The notes beneath the pieces were generated by a model, which ran no database searches, had not been told where the DNA came from, and saw nothing but the letters and a program-made list of their open reading frames with translations. The translations under genes were made by a program, and so were the position numbers. From Candidatus Latescibacterota bacterium (lineage in GTDB: Bacteria; Latescibacterota; UBA2968; SICM01): a stretch of DNA of 64,000 bases. Location: NCBI GenBank assembly GCA_965217865.1, contig CBDCJO010000002.1, forward strand, positions 4,352,001 through 4,416,000, in the 5' to 3' direction. This document shows, one piece after another, positions 1 to 10,663 of this stretch. How positions within the stretch are numbered: position 1 is the first letter of the stretch; each line of letters opens with the position of its first letter.

Positions 1-1299
1 GGGATCATCGCCGCTCCCCTCCAACGGCTCACGGCTTCTTCCGCAAGGATCAGCGAGGGAAAGCTGGATGAGCGTGTGGATATCCATCCGCATGCACCCC
101 CAATCCATTCACTGCGCCGGAAGGATGAGATGGATGTTCTGGCGGAGACTTTCAACCGGATGGCCGGTACCCTGGAACAGAACATCAAGGACCTTCAGGG
201 ACTCAACAAAGAACTGTTCAAGGAAAAGCAGCTCAAGGAGAACGTGATCCACAGTATTACCCTGGGGATGGTGGTCCTGGATTTGGACAATCGGGTTCTG
301 GAGTGTAACCGGACCTATGCAGAGTGGACAGGGATCGGTCAGGAGGAAGCCCAGGGGCGAAACCTCTTTGAACTTGAGCCGGACCTTTCGGACACAGAGG
401 TCAGAGAGATGGTCGAGAATCTGGCCAGGACCGGCGATCCTGTTGTGAGTCAACGTTTTTCCTATAAACCCCCGGGAAAATCCGAGGCGTGTATCTCGAA
501 CGTGAATGCCTTTCCACTTAAAGCCATAGACGGGAAGGTCTATGGGATCGTTATTATCATTGAGGACGTGACGGAACGGGTAAAGTTGGAACAGCAACTC
601 GCCCAATCGGATAAGCTTGTCTCGGTGGGACAACTCGCGGCGGGAATTGCACACGAGGTGAACAACCCCCTGGGGTCCATCTCCTCGCTGGCTCAAATGC
701 TCCTGGATATGAATGAGGACGAAGAAGCCCGGGAGACCCTTCAGACGATCGTTGGGCAGGTCAACCGAATCTCGGGGATCCTGGGGGATCTTGTGAACTT
801 TTCCAGGCCCCGGCCCGCTGAGAAGGGATCGATGCAAGTGGCAGCGGTCGTCGATACGGTCTCCAGGCTCGCGTCCTTCAACAAAAAGTTTCGAAATATC
901 GAGATTGTTAAAAAGATCGATCCATCGGTCCTTCAGATCACGGCCGATGGAAACCAGATCCAGCAGCTTATACTAAACCTGATCCTTAATGCAGCGGACG
1001 CGATGCCGGAGGGTGGGGAGATCACGATCTCGACCGAATCCATCCAGGAAAGTCAGGACGGCGCCGGCCTTCGCATAAAGGTCGCGGACACCGGACACGG
1101 GATATCGGAGGAAAGCCGTGGCCGCATCTTCGATCCGTTTTTCACTACAAAACCCGCTGGCCATGGCACGGGGTTGGGTCTTTCGGTCTGCTACGGAATC
1201 GTTCAGTCTCACGGCGGAAGGATCCAGGTGGAGAGCGAGGAAGGCCGGGGAACGACATTCGTCATCGATCTGCCGATGGAAATGAAAAATGCAAAATGA
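1..1299 (+). CDS. Sensor histidine kinase (HAMP-PAS-HisKA-HATPase_c), 5' truncated by the window edge
   Basis: Frame 1 is open from base 1 ([31 protein letters not shown] = HAMP). PAS region, H-box [14 protein letters not shown]-box [11 protein letters not shown]-boxes [20 protein letters not shown]. Confidence 0.95.
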   Translation, partial: GIIAAPLQRLTASSARISEGKLDERVDIHPHAPPIHSLRRKDEMDVLAETFNRMAGTLEQNIKDLQGLNKELFKEKQLKENVIHSITLGMVVLDLDNRVLECNRTYAEWTGIGQEEAQGRNLFELEPDLSDTEVREMVENLARTGDPVVSQRFSYKPPGKSEACISNVNAFPLKAIDGKVYGIVIIIEDVTERVKLEQQLAQSDKLVSVGQLAAGIAHEVNNPLGSISSLAQMLLDMNEDEEARETLQTIVGQVNRISGILGDLVNFSRPRPAEKGSMQVAAVVDTVSRLASFNKKFRNIEIVKKIDPSVLQITADGNQIQQLILNLILNAADAMPEGGEITISTESIQESQDGAGLRIKVADTGHGISEESRGRIFDPFFTTKPAGHGTGLGLSVCYGIVQSHGGRIQVESEEGRGTTFVIDLPMEMKNAK

Positions 1300-1312
1300 A
1301 ACGGGGTATTGA

Positions 1313-2479
1313 ATGGCGGGCGAGAAGATCCTGATCGTGGAAGATGAAGACCTGATGCGGTCCATCCTGGAGAAACTCCTCAAAAAAGAAGGGTACGTGG
1401 TATCAACGGCCGCGGACGGTGCGGATGGTCTTGAGATCTTCCGACGCGAGCATCCGGATCTCATCCTCACGGATGTCCAGATGCCGAACATGACCGGACT
1501 GGAGCTCCTGGATAAGGTTCGAAAGCAGGACAGGGACACCCTGGTCATCGTGCTTACGGCTTTTGGATCCATGGAGTCTGCGGTGGAGGCGATGCGAAAA
1601 GGGGCTCACGATTATATCACAAAACCGTTTATCAATGATGACATTCGCATGACGGTCAGCCGTGGCCTGGAGCTCAAGCGAACCCGCGAGGAATTGAAAG
1701 AAACACAGGAACTGGTGGTCCAATCGGAAAAAATGGCTGCCCTCGGGAAACTGGCGGCGGGGATCGTGCACGAGATAAATACCCCCATCGGCTCCATCCA
1801 GAGCAACATTCAATTGCTGGACCGTCTCCTGGAGCGCCTGAAAACCCCGTTAGCAGCCGATCATCCGCCTGGTGAAGGAAATGAAGGGAAGGCTTCTCTC
1901 CGTTTCATCGAGACTGCCGAGGGGCTGAACCGGACCAACCGGGAGGCCTGCAAGAGGATCATCGGCCTGGCGGAAAGCCTGCGAAGCCTTGCGCACCTGG
2001 ATCAGGGGAAGTTGAAACAGGCAGACCTTCACGAGGCGATCGACAGTGTTTTAAACCTTCTTCAGCATGAGCTGGACGATCGGGTTGCTGTGGTCAAAGC
2101 GTACGGAAAGATACCGAATATAGTATGCTACCCGGGTGAGCTTCACCAGATGTTCCTGCACCTGTTGCTCAACGCGATTCAGGCGGTCGACGGACCGGGT
2201 GAGATTGGGGTCAGGACGTTCCAGGTCGATGAGGCCGTCACCGCGGAGATCAGCGATACGGGAAGAGGTATTCCCGACGACATGATCGATCGGGTCTTCG
2301 ATCCAGGATTCACAACCCGGGGGGACAGAGTCCGTCTGGGCATGGGCCTGGGGATCTGTTCACGGATCGCCCACGAACATGGCGGAACCATCAAGATCAA
2401 CAGCCAGCCCGGCGAAGGTTCCAGGGTGACCGTTATTCTCCCGGTGGATGGACCGATGAAGCGGGGAAATGAAAAATGA
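1313..2479 (+). CDS. Hybrid receiver-histidine kinase (REC-HisKA-HATPase_c)
   Basis: N-terminal REC (ILIVEDE..DLILTDVQMP..YITKPF), H-box LAAGIVHEINTP, DTGRGI..FDPGFTT..GMGL. Confidence 0.93.
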   Translation: MAGEKILIVEDEDLMRSILEKLLKKEGYVVSTAADGADGLEIFRREHPDLILTDVQMPNMTGLELLDKVRKQDRDTLVIVLTAFGSMESAVEAMRKGAHDYITKPFINDDIRMTVSRGLELKRTREELKETQELVVQSEKMAALGKLAAGIVHEINTPIGSIQSNIQLLDRLLERLKTPLAADHPPGEGNEGKASLRFIETAEGLNRTNREACKRIIGLAESLRSLAHLDQGKLKQADLHEAIDSVLNLLQHELDDRVAVVKAYGKIPNIVCYPGELHQMFLHLLLNAIQAVDGPGEIGVRTFQVDEAVTAEISDTGRGIPDDMIDRVFDPGFTTRGDRVRLGMGLGICSRIAHEHGGTIKINSQPGEGSRVTVILPVDGPMKRGNEK

Positions 2480-2600
2480 AAATTGCAAATTGAGAAATAA
2501 TCGCACCAGGGGAAAACGGAGTGGGATCTGTGAGTGGTGAATGGCGGGGAGTTCCAGTACGCAAGTTTACAAGATACGTTTCACGAGCTGCGAGGGACTT

Positions 2601-3965
2601 ATGGCGGGTGAGAAGATTCTTATCGTTGAAGACGAAGACCTGATGAGAAATATTTTAACGAGCCTTCTCTCTCAAGAGGGTTATCAAACCTTTGTTGCAA
2701 AAGATGGGGAAGAAGCGCTGGGGATATTTCAGGAGGAGAGGCCCGATCTCATCCTGTCGGACGTCCGGATGCCGGGGATGGACGGGCTTGAACTCCTTCA
2801 GAGCGTTCGCCGGGTGGATCCCGAGGTCATCGTCATCATGATTACCGCCTTCGGGTCGGTGGAGTCTGCGGTGGAGGCGATGCGCAAAGGGGCTTACGAT
2901 TACATTACCAAGCCGTTTATTAATGAAGACATCAAGTTGACCGTTCGAAAAGCGCTGGATCAACTCGAATTGTCCAGGGAAAATCTGAATCTCAAGCAGG
3001 CCTTGAAGGACAAGTACCATTTTGACGGGATTATCGGAAAAAGCGAATCGATGCAGGCGGTGTTTGAATTGATGGAAAAGATCTCCCGGACCACTGCAAA
3101 CATCCTGATTACGGGTGATAGCGGGACGGGAAAGGAGCTCGTCGCCCAGGCGATCCATTATAACTCCGACCGGGGGGAGAGGCCTTTTCTCGTCGTCAAC
3201 TGTGGAGCCCTTGCGGAAAACCTGCTTGAAAGCGAGTTGTTCGGCCACGTAAAGGGAGCGTTCACCGGCGCAACGGGGTCTAAAATGGGCTACTTTCAAC
3301 GATCCGATGGGGGAACGCTCTTTTTAGACGAGATCGGTGAACTCTCCATGGACCTCCAGGTTAAGCTACTGAGGGCCATTCAAGAACGGGAGATCGTACC
3401 GGTCGGCAGCACCGATCCGATCAAGCTCGACGTGAGGATGATCTGCGCGACCAACAAAAATCTTGATAACGAGGTCGCAGAATTCCGATTCCGAGAGGAT
3501 CTTTATTACCGGATCAATGTTGTCCAGATCGAACTGCCGCCATTACGGGGCCGGAGGGAGGATATTCCCCTTCTCATCAGCCATTTCCTTCGAACACACG
3601 CAGAGAAAGCAGGAAAACCGGACACGAGGATTGCAGGGGATGCCGTGAAGTGTCTTATCAATTACGACTGGCCTGGGAATGTCCGGGAATTGGAGAACGT
3701 TGTTGAAAGGGGAGTGATTCTCGCAGAGGGTGGAACCATTACTTCTGATCATCTGCCAAAAAAGGTGAGGGGAACCGCTATCGGGATCGAGGATCTGGGA
3801 GGGGTGGAGATCACGATTGCTGAACTCGAAAAGAGACACGTTCTTAAAGTCCTGGAGAGGGTGGGGGGAGACAAGGGCCGGGCGTCCCGGATCCTCGGTA
3901 TCAATCTGGCAACGCTATATCGGAAATTGAACCGATATGCAGAGGCAAAACAGATTGAAGATTGA
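2601..3965 (+). CDS. Sigma-54-dependent NtrC/AtoC-family response regulator
   Basis: REC domain, Walker A GDSGTGKE, GAFTGA, LFLDEIG, WPGNVREL and a Fis-type HTH (LGINLATLYRKL). Start set at ATG 2601 after GAGGGA, matching the paralog's start. Confidence 0.96.
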   Translation: MAGEKILIVEDEDLMRNILTSLLSQEGYQTFVAKDGEEALGIFQEERPDLILSDVRMPGMDGLELLQSVRRVDPEVIVIMITAFGSVESAVEAMRKGAYDYITKPFINEDIKLTVRKALDQLELSRENLNLKQALKDKYHFDGIIGKSESMQAVFELMEKISRTTANILITGDSGTGKELVAQAIHYNSDRGERPFLVVNCGALAENLLESELFGHVKGAFTGATGSKMGYFQRSDGGTLFLDEIGELSMDLQVKLLRAIQEREIVPVGSTDPIKLDVRMICATNKNLDNEVAEFRFREDLYYRINVVQIELPPLRGRREDIPLLISHFLRTHAEKAGKPDTRIAGDAVKCLINYDWPGNVRELENVVERGVILAEGGTITSDHLPKKVRGTAIGIEDLGGVEITIAELEKRHVLKVLERVGGDKGRASRILGINLATLYRKLNRYAEAKQIED

Positions 3966-3990
3966 CGTCTAACATCAAAGGAGGAGAAAC

Positions 3991-4611
3991 TTGAAGGTAC
4001 TTATTTTTGGATCAACGGGCAGCATCGGTCGCGAGCTTGTCAAGCAAGCGCTTGACCAGGGACACACGGTCACGGCGTTTGCACGCGATCCCTCGAAGCT
4101 CGATATCCAGCACACCAACCTACAGGTCGTTCAGGGCGATGTAATGGATCTCGCATCGGTGGAGAAAGCGGTGCAAGACCAGGAGGCGGTGCTGTGTGCG
4201 CTCGGGGAAGGAAGGAAGGGTACGGTACGGTCAGGGGGGACGCGGAATATGATTCGCGCAATGGAGAAGGCGGGCGTCCGACGTTTTGACTCTCTGTCGA
4301 CACTCGGTGTCGGTGATAGCTGGGAGATGCTTCCTCTCAAATACAAAATCTTTTTCCGCACCCTACTACGAAAAGCTTTCGCAGATCACGTGGCTCAAGA
4401 AAATCTCATCAAACAGAGTCAGTTGGACTGGACTATCGTCCGTCCGGGCGCATACACAAACGGTGAGCGCACAGGTGAATACCGGCACGGCTTCCCGGTT
4501 GCCGATAAGACGATCAAAGCCAAAATCTCGCGCCCCGATGTCGCCGACTTCATGTTGATGCAACTGGCTGACAATACATACCTTCGGAAGACCCCTGGGG
4601 TGTCGTACTGA
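3991..4611 (+). CDS. NAD(P)H-binding atypical SDR / flavin reductase (BVR-B-like)
   Basis: Rossmann motif FGSTGSIG, WTIVRPG and ISRPDVADFM. TTG start after AGGAGG. Confidence 0.9.
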   Translation: MKVLIFGSTGSIGRELVKQALDQGHTVTAFARDPSKLDIQHTNLQVVQGDVMDLASVEKAVQDQEAVLCALGEGRKGTVRSGGTRNMIRAMEKAGVRRFDSLSTLGVGDSWEMLPLKYKIFFRTLLRKAFADHVAQENLIKQSQLDWTIVRPGAYTNGERTGEYRHGFPVADKTIKAKISRPDVADFMLMQLADNTYLRKTPGVSY

Positions 4612-4702
4612 ATGAAATGCTTCAACACGCTACGACGCAGTCCGACAAGTTGTGGCAGCTAACCCCAGCGGTGCGTCCCGCGCTCAAGAGATTGGAGGAA
4701 TC

Positions 4703-5197
4703 ATGGGAATCTTTCAGATTATATTGATCTTGGCTACATTTCTTTGTTCCCTGGTGGCAGGCTTCCTGTTTGCTTTTGCCGTAGTGGCGATGCCGGGCAT
4801 AGGAAGCTTAAATGACCGGGAGTTTATCCAAGCTTTTCAGGTGATGGATCGCGTTATCCAGAATAATCAACCGATATTTCTGTTCGTCTGGGTCGGTTCA
4901 GTTGTGGCTTTGATTGCTTCGGTTGTGCTTGGCATCGGGCAATTGGATGGAGCTGGGCGTCTGCTCATATTCTTCGCCGCACTCGCCTATCTTCTCGGCG
5001 TCCAATTGCCGACCGTCACTATTAATATACCGCTGAATAACGAACTACAAACTCTGGATGTCGACGCTATGAATGAAACAACTCAAAAAGCAGCTCGTCA
5101 TGACTTCGAACCGCGTTGGAACCGATGGAACTCGATCAGGGCGGCCTTTGCCACCCTGTCATCTGCCCTGTTAATAATTCTACTATTCAGACTTTGA
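4703..5197 (+). CDS. DUF1772 / anthrone-oxygenase-like membrane protein
   Basis: Four hydrophobic helices, NIPLNNEL and FEPRWNRWNSIR motifs. ATG 4703 after GGAGG. Confidence 0.85.
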   Translation: MGIFQIILILATFLCSLVAGFLFAFAVVAMPGIGSLNDREFIQAFQVMDRVIQNNQPIFLFVWVGSVVALIASVVLGIGQLDGAGRLLIFFAALAYLLGVQLPTVTINIPLNNELQTLDVDAMNETTQKAARHDFEPRWNRWNSIRAAFATLSSALLIILLFRL

Positions 5198-5285
5198 AAG
5201 GCGTGGCAGTGGATCGCAATAAGCCTAACTAGGTGCTCTTTTTATTACGGTCAATTTCTACCTAACAAATAAGGAGACATATGAG

Positions 5286-5492
5286 ATGGAAAAATATCCG
5301 GTATCTTTAAGTATCGATTACTCAGACAAGTCTAATAGGGTAACAGTATTATTCAGGTTATTTCTTGCCATTCCAATTTTAATTATACTGGATCTACTAA
5401 CATCTTCTAGCTATGAAAACGAACAAGCAGCTAACGCTTACGCATTATTATTGACAACAGATGAATTTCCCCCATTTAGGCTCAGCGAATAA
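5286..5492 (+). pseudogene. Internally deleted DUF4389-family membrane protein remnant
   Basis: The family-like N-terminus (YPVSLSIDY..RVTVLFRLFLAIP) is joined directly to the family-like C-terminus (AYALLLTTDEFPPFRL) in only 68 aa. AAGGAG RBS; AT-rich. Confidence 0.65.
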
Positions 5493-5711
5493 TAAATGTA
5501 CGTCTGAAGTGAATAACAAAAATAAGGGGCTGACCAAAAACGAATGGTACAATGTTGCAAACTAAGGATTTGAAGAGAGAACTCGAAACCACTACGAATC
5601 AGGAAGAATCGCTTTGATTATAGATTGTCTATCATCGACCACGGCGAAACTCTTGAACAAACCTCGGTTCCCGATTGTCGATAGGATGCATGTGGGTTCA
5701 GGAGGTGCCGG

Positions 5712-8700
5712 ATGAAACGCGCTGTGGCCTGGTTTGCGGAGAACAGCGTCGCGGCCAACCTCCTGATGATCCTCATCCTGGCGGGTGGTCTACTGATGGT
5801 CCCGAGTCTCAAGATGGAACTGTTTCCCGAGCTCTCTGCGGACCTCATCACCATCTCCGTAGTCTATCCCGGAGCGGCTCCGGAGGAGGTCGAAGAGGCG
5901 GTCTGCGTGAGAATCGAGGAGGAGATCCAGGGTCTCGAGGGGATCAAGCGCGTAAAATCCACGGCCTCGGAAAACGTGGGGGCCATCATGGTCGAGCTCC
6001 TCACCGGGATGGACACCCGGAAACTTTTAGACGATATAAAGTCTCGCATCGATGCCATCGATACCTTCCCGGATGAGGTCGAAAAGCCGGTTGTCCAGGA
6101 ACTGGTCTTCCGTCGCCAGGTTATCAACGTAGCTGTATCCGGCGAGGCGGGTGAGGCCACACTAAAAGTTTTGGGGGAACAGGTGCGGGACGAGATCGCG
6201 GCCCTCCCCGGGATTACCCAGGTTGAGCTGGCCAACGCCCGTCCATACGAGATTTCCGTCGAGGTCTCGGAGGAGGCCTTGAGGCGGTACGGCCTCACTT
6301 TCGAAGAGGTTTCCCGGGCGGTGCGCCTCTCCTCCCTGGACCTTCCCGGCGGGTCGATCAGGACGGAGGGGGGCGAGATCCTCTTGCGCACCAAGGGGCA
6401 GGCCTATCGAGGACCAGACTTCGAAGGTCTGGCCCTGCGCACCCGCCCGGACGGGACCCATCTGAGGCTGGGTGATGTGGCGACGGTGGTAGACGGTTTC
6501 GCGGAGACGGATCAGGTCGCACGGTTCGACGGCAGGCCATCGGTCCTGATCCAGGTTTTCCAGGTGGGGGACCAGAACGCACTTGAGATCGCCGAACACG
6601 TCAAGGCCTACATCCCCGACGCCCAGATGCGGATGCCGGAAGGGATCAAGCTCACCGTATGGGCGGATTTCTCAAGGATCCTCAGTGGCCGACTCGACCT
6701 CATGCTCAGAAACGGTCGAACGGGTTTTATCCTGGTCTTTATCGCCCTGACCCTGTTTTTACGTCTGCGTCTGGCCTTCTGGGTCGCCCTGGGGATCCCG
6801 ATCTCTTTCCTCGGGGCCATATGGTTGATGCCCGGTATGGATGCCTCGATCAATCTGATTTCACTATTCGGTTTCATCGTGGTCCTGGGGATCGTCGTTG
6901 ACGACGCGATCATCGTGGGTGAAAATATCTACAGGCACTTTCAGCAGGGAAAGAGAGGTCTGCTTGCCGCAATCGCAGGAGCGCATGAAGTGACCGTACC
7001 CGTGATATTTGCGGTCCTGACTTCGATAGCCGCGTTCAGTCCGCTCCTGACAATCCCCGGGACGATGGGGAAGTTCATGAAGATTATTCCACAAATCGTC
7101 ATCGCCACTCTGATCTTTTCCCTCGTCGAATCGTTGCTGATCCTGCCCGCCCATCTCGCACACTCCAGGATGAACGGGGAAAAGACCTCTTCAAGGGGTA
7201 TCGGAGCCCAGTGGAACCGCTTCCAGGACTGGTTCTCTGAAGGACTGAAACGTTTTACGGTTCAGATCTACCGCCCGTTCCTGGAATTAGCCCTCCGGTG
7301 GCGTTACCTCACCGTTGCGATCGGCGTCTCGATCCTCCTTTTCACGGTGGGCTTGATCGGGGGGGGCCGGATTAAATTTCTCTATTTTCCGGACGTCGAT
7401 GCGGACAATGTCGTGGCCCTTTTGACGATGCCGCAGGGTACCCCCGCCGATGTCACCGCTCAGGCCGTACGTCGCCTGGAGGAGTCGGTTGTGAGACTCC
7501 GGGAAGAAATTGACGGTGGAGAAAGGGAGAAGGTATTCCGCCACGTCCTGACATCGGTCGGGGAGCAGCCTTTCCGCACCGCTCAGAACCAGAATAGCGG
7601 AAGGATCGCAGCATTTGTGGGGGCACATCTGGGGGAAGTCAATGTCGAGCTGGTCCCCTCAGAGGCGAGGGAAATCGGCAGCACGGAGATTGGCCGGCGG
7701 TGGCGTGAAATGACAGGTCCAATTCCTGAAGTCGCGGAGCTGACTTTCACGGCCTCGCTCCACCCCACGGGCGAAGCCGTGAATATCCAGCTTTCCGGCC
7801 CGGATTACCAGGAATTACGGCAGGTTGTGGACAAGCTGAAGGCCCGGCTGGGAGAATACCCGGGGGTCATCGACATCGCCGACTCCTTCAGGTCGGGCAA
7901 ACAGGAGGTCAAGCTTTCCCTTTCCCGTGGGGCCGAGATGCTGGGGCTAACGCTCTCCGACCTCGCCAGGCAAGTCAGACAGGCCTTTTACGGCGAGGAA
8001 GCTCAGCGCATTCAGAGGGGCCGGGATGATATCAAGGTGATGGTCAGATATCCGCCGGAGGAGCGGGCGTCCCTGGGAAATCTTGAAGAGATGCGTGTTC
8101 GAACACCTGACGGAGGAGAGATTCCTTTCTCCGTTGCCGCGAAGGCTGAGCTTGGACGCGGGTATGCGTCGATTCAACGGGCTGATCGAAGACGGATTAT
8201 CAACGTCACGGCCGATGTGGATAAGAGCCGGACCAACGCCAACGCCAACGCCGTGATAAATGAAATTACCGCTTCGCATCTTCCGGAGATCCTGGCGGAC
8301 CATCCCCGGGTCAGCTACTCCCTGGAAGGCGAGCAGCGTGAACAGCAGGAAACCCTGGGGGAGCTTTATAAGAGTTTTGGTCTCGCTCTGTTGATGATCT
8401 ATGCGTTGCTGGCAGTCCCGTTCCGGTCCTATCTCCAACCGGCCATTGTCATGTCCGCCATCCCCTTCGGGTTGGTCGGGGCCGTCTGGGGACACATCAT
8501 CATGGGGATGGATCTCACCATTCTCTCCATGTTCGGGCTGGTTGCGCTCACGGGCGTTGTGGTCAACGATAGCCTTGTGATGGTCGATTTTATTAACCGA
8601 AACCGCGCCCAGGGCAATCCGATACACGAGGCCATACGAGAAGCCGGTGTCGTCCGGTTTCGGCCTATTCTGTTGACGTCTTTAACCACCTTCGCCAGCC

Positions 8701-8903
8701 TTACCCCTCTCATGCTGGAGAAGAGCCTCCAGGCACAGTTTCTCATCCCCATGGCGGTTTCCCTGGGCTTCGGGGTACTCTTCTCCACGTTTATCACCCT
8801 GTTTCTTATTCCGGTGGGTTATATTATCCTTGAAGATGCAAAGGGCCTCGGGGCAAAGTTGATCGGGAGGGAAAACGTGGAGCCCCTGGATCGGGCAGCG
8901 TGA
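5712..8903 (+). CDS. RND efflux transporter permease (AcrB/AcrD/AcrF family)
   Basis: 1063 aa with GIVVDDAIIVGEN, RFRPILLTSLTT and two large periplasmic loops. AGGAGG RBS. Confidence 0.96.
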   Translation: MKRAVAWFAENSVAANLLMILILAGGLLMVPSLKMELFPELSADLITISVVYPGAAPEEVEEAVCVRIEEEIQGLEGIKRVKSTASENVGAIMVELLTGMDTRKLLDDIKSRIDAIDTFPDEVEKPVVQELVFRRQVINVAVSGEAGEATLKVLGEQVRDEIAALPGITQVELANARPYEISVEVSEEALRRYGLTFEEVSRAVRLSSLDLPGGSIRTEGGEILLRTKGQAYRGPDFEGLALRTRPDGTHLRLGDVATVVDGFAETDQVARFDGRPSVLIQVFQVGDQNALEIAEHVKAYIPDAQMRMPEGIKLTVWADFSRILSGRLDLMLRNGRTGFILVFIALTLFLRLRLAFWVALGIPISFLGAIWLMPGMDASINLISLFGFIVVLGIVVDDAIIVGENIYRHFQQGKRGLLAAIAGAHEVTVPVIFAVLTSIAAFSPLLTIPGTMGKFMKIIPQIVIATLIFSLVESLLILPAHLAHSRMNGEKTSSRGIGAQWNRFQDWFSEGLKRFTVQIYRPFLELALRWRYLTVAIGVSILLFTVGLIGGGRIKFLYFPDVDADNVVALLTMPQGTPADVTAQAVRRLEESVVRLREEIDGGEREKVFRHVLTSVGEQPFRTAQNQNSGRIAAFVGAHLGEVNVELVPSEAREIGSTEIGRRWREMTGPIPEVAELTFTASLHPTGEAVNIQLSGPDYQELRQVVDKLKARLGEYPGVIDIADSFRSGKQEVKLSLSRGAEMLGLTLSDLARQVRQAFYGEEAQRIQRGRDDIKVMVRYPPEERASLGNLEEMRVRTPDGGEIPFSVAAKAELGRGYASIQRADRRRIINVTADVDKSRTNANANAVINEITASHLPEILADHPRVSYSLEGEQREQQETLGELYKSFGLALLMIYALLAVPFRSYLQPAIVMSAIPFGLVGAVWGHIIMGMDLTILSMFGLVALTGVVVNDSLVMVDFINRNRAQGNPIHEAIREAGVVRFRPILLTSLTTFASLTPLMLEKSLQAQFLIPMAVSLGFGVLFSTFITLFLIPVGYIILEDAKGLGAKLIGRENVEPLDRAA

Positions 8904-9117
8904 AGATCAGGGATCAAGGGAAATTGACGATTGAAGATTGGAAAAAGGCAGTAGCAGATGGCAGTGGCAGGAAAATCAAAGGTGGGCCAAAGGAAATTGA
9001 AGATTGAAGATCGAATATTCAAGAATATTGAAGCGAGATCAATAAGACGACAAGAAAGTCATGGGTTTTTCAATATTAAATTTTCCGATATTCAATATTA
9101 TATTCAATGAAGGTTTT

Positions 9118-9726
9118 ATGTCCATCCGTACGACAGATGAAATCTGGGAAGCGTTCAGCCAGGGTCTGAAGGGCTTTATCGCGAATCGGATTTCGAATTC
9201 CGATAACGCTGAGGACATTTTACAAGATGTCTTCTTGAAGATCCATAACCATATTCAAGACCTCAAACAGGGGGACAGATTGGAGTCCTGGATCTATCAG
9301 ATCACACGGAATGCGGTAACGGATTATTATCGACGGAAGCATAGAGTCGCTGATTCCAACGTTGAGGTGCTCACCGAGTCGGGATTTACGGGAGGTTCAG
9401 AGTCCCCTCAGTCGGACGGAATTCTCGAATGTCTTAAGCCTATGGTGCTTCAGATGTCGGAGAAATACAGGGAGGCCATTCTGTTGACGGAGTATGATTC
9501 GCTCCCTCAGAATGTCCTTGCAGAAAGGCTGGGGATATCCCTATCCGGAGCCAAGACGAGGGTGCAAAGGGGCAGAAAAATATTGAAGGATATGCTATTA
9601 CGCTGTTGTCACTTCGAATTCGACCGCCTGGGAAATATTCTGGATTACCAGGTAAAAGACGAAGGTTGTGGATTTTGTTCCGCGGATCCGGATAGAACGT
9701 CGACCATCAACTCGATCCCCGAGTAA
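9118..9726 (+). CDS. sigZ: ECF sigma factor, SigZ type
   Basis: AEDILQDVFLKI, WIYQITRN, LSGAKTRVQRGR and the SigZ-typical CCHFEFDRLG tail. Confidence 0.85.
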   Translation: MSIRTTDEIWEAFSQGLKGFIANRISNSDNAEDILQDVFLKIHNHIQDLKQGDRLESWIYQITRNAVTDYYRRKHRVADSNVEVLTESGFTGGSESPQSDGILECLKPMVLQMSEKYREAILLTEYDSLPQNVLAERLGISLSGAKTRVQRGRKILKDMLLRCCHFEFDRLGNILDYQVKDEGCGFCSADPDRTSTINSIPE

Positions 9727-9820
9727 AACGAATGGAATCCTAAGAAGAGTTACGAGCTACGGCTCTTCTGTGCTTCACACTTCACGAGATACGCTTCACA
9801 GATTCTTTAAGGAGGGATTC

Positions 9821-10663
9821 ATGATGCAAAAGTGGATCGGCGGTCTCATTCTGGTGATCTGTATCCTCGGGGTCTGTTCGGATACAGATGCGAGGGATGT
9901 TAGGGACATCGTAAAAATCGCCAACGATGTTGTTGTTGAAGAAGGGGAGCATGTCGGCGACGCCGTGGCCGTCGGGGGGAACGTAACGGTAAAGGGTACG
10001 GTGGAAGGCGATGCCGTAGCGGTCGGGGGCTCGGTTACGCTCGAGTCCCGTGCGATCGTGGAGGGGGATGTTGTCTCGATCGGAGGTAAGATTCATAAAG
10101 CTCCGGGTGCGAAAATTCACAACGATATGGTCGAAGTCGATGCGCCGGGCATCTCTTCATTTAAAAATGCCATGCCTGAATGGCACTGGCGAAGTTGGTT
10201 GCAGGGGTTTAGAATTGTGACATTTATCGGATTTATCGCCCTGGCTTTGTTGATCGTGGCCATCATGCCAAGGCAAATCGGCTTGATTTCGAATGCGATT
10301 GAATCAGACACCCTGAAGACGGTACTCTGGGGCCTTCTGGGAATGGCCTTGATAGTCCCGGGAGCGCTTTTGCTCACCATGTCGATCGTGGGGATTCCGC
10401 TCGTTCCAGTGGAATTAATCCTGGTCGTGTGCGCGGCCATTACCGGATATATTGCGATCGCTCAGCTCATCGGCAAAAAAATGGCCATCGCCCTCAAAAG
10501 GACGGATCTGCCCATTTTCTGGGAAACCTTTTGGGGAGTCTTTATGCTGGGAATCATCGGATTTGTCCCGGTCCTGGGCTGGTTGGTAAAGGGGATCGCA
10601 TCCCTGATCGGATTCGGGGCAGTGATTTTGACGCTGGTCCGTATTAAAGCGGCTGACCTGTAA
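9821..10663 (+). CDS. Membrane protein with N-terminal bactofilin-like beta-helix repeats and C-terminal TM bundle
   Basis: Signal peptide, repeated GDAVAVGG(N/S)VT units, then about 4-5 TM helices. ATG 9821 after AAGGAGG. Confidence 0.75.
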   Translation: MMQKWIGGLILVICILGVCSDTDARDVRDIVKIANDVVVEEGEHVGDAVAVGGNVTVKGTVEGDAVAVGGSVTLESRAIVEGDVVSIGGKIHKAPGAKIHNDMVEVDAPGISSFKNAMPEWHWRSWLQGFRIVTFIGFIALALLIVAIMPRQIGLISNAIESDTLKTVLWGLLGMALIVPGALLLTMSIVGIPLVPVELILVVCAAITGYIAIAQLIGKKMAIALKRTDLPIFWETFWGVFMLGIIGFVPVLGWLVKGIASLIGFGAVILTLVRIKAADL

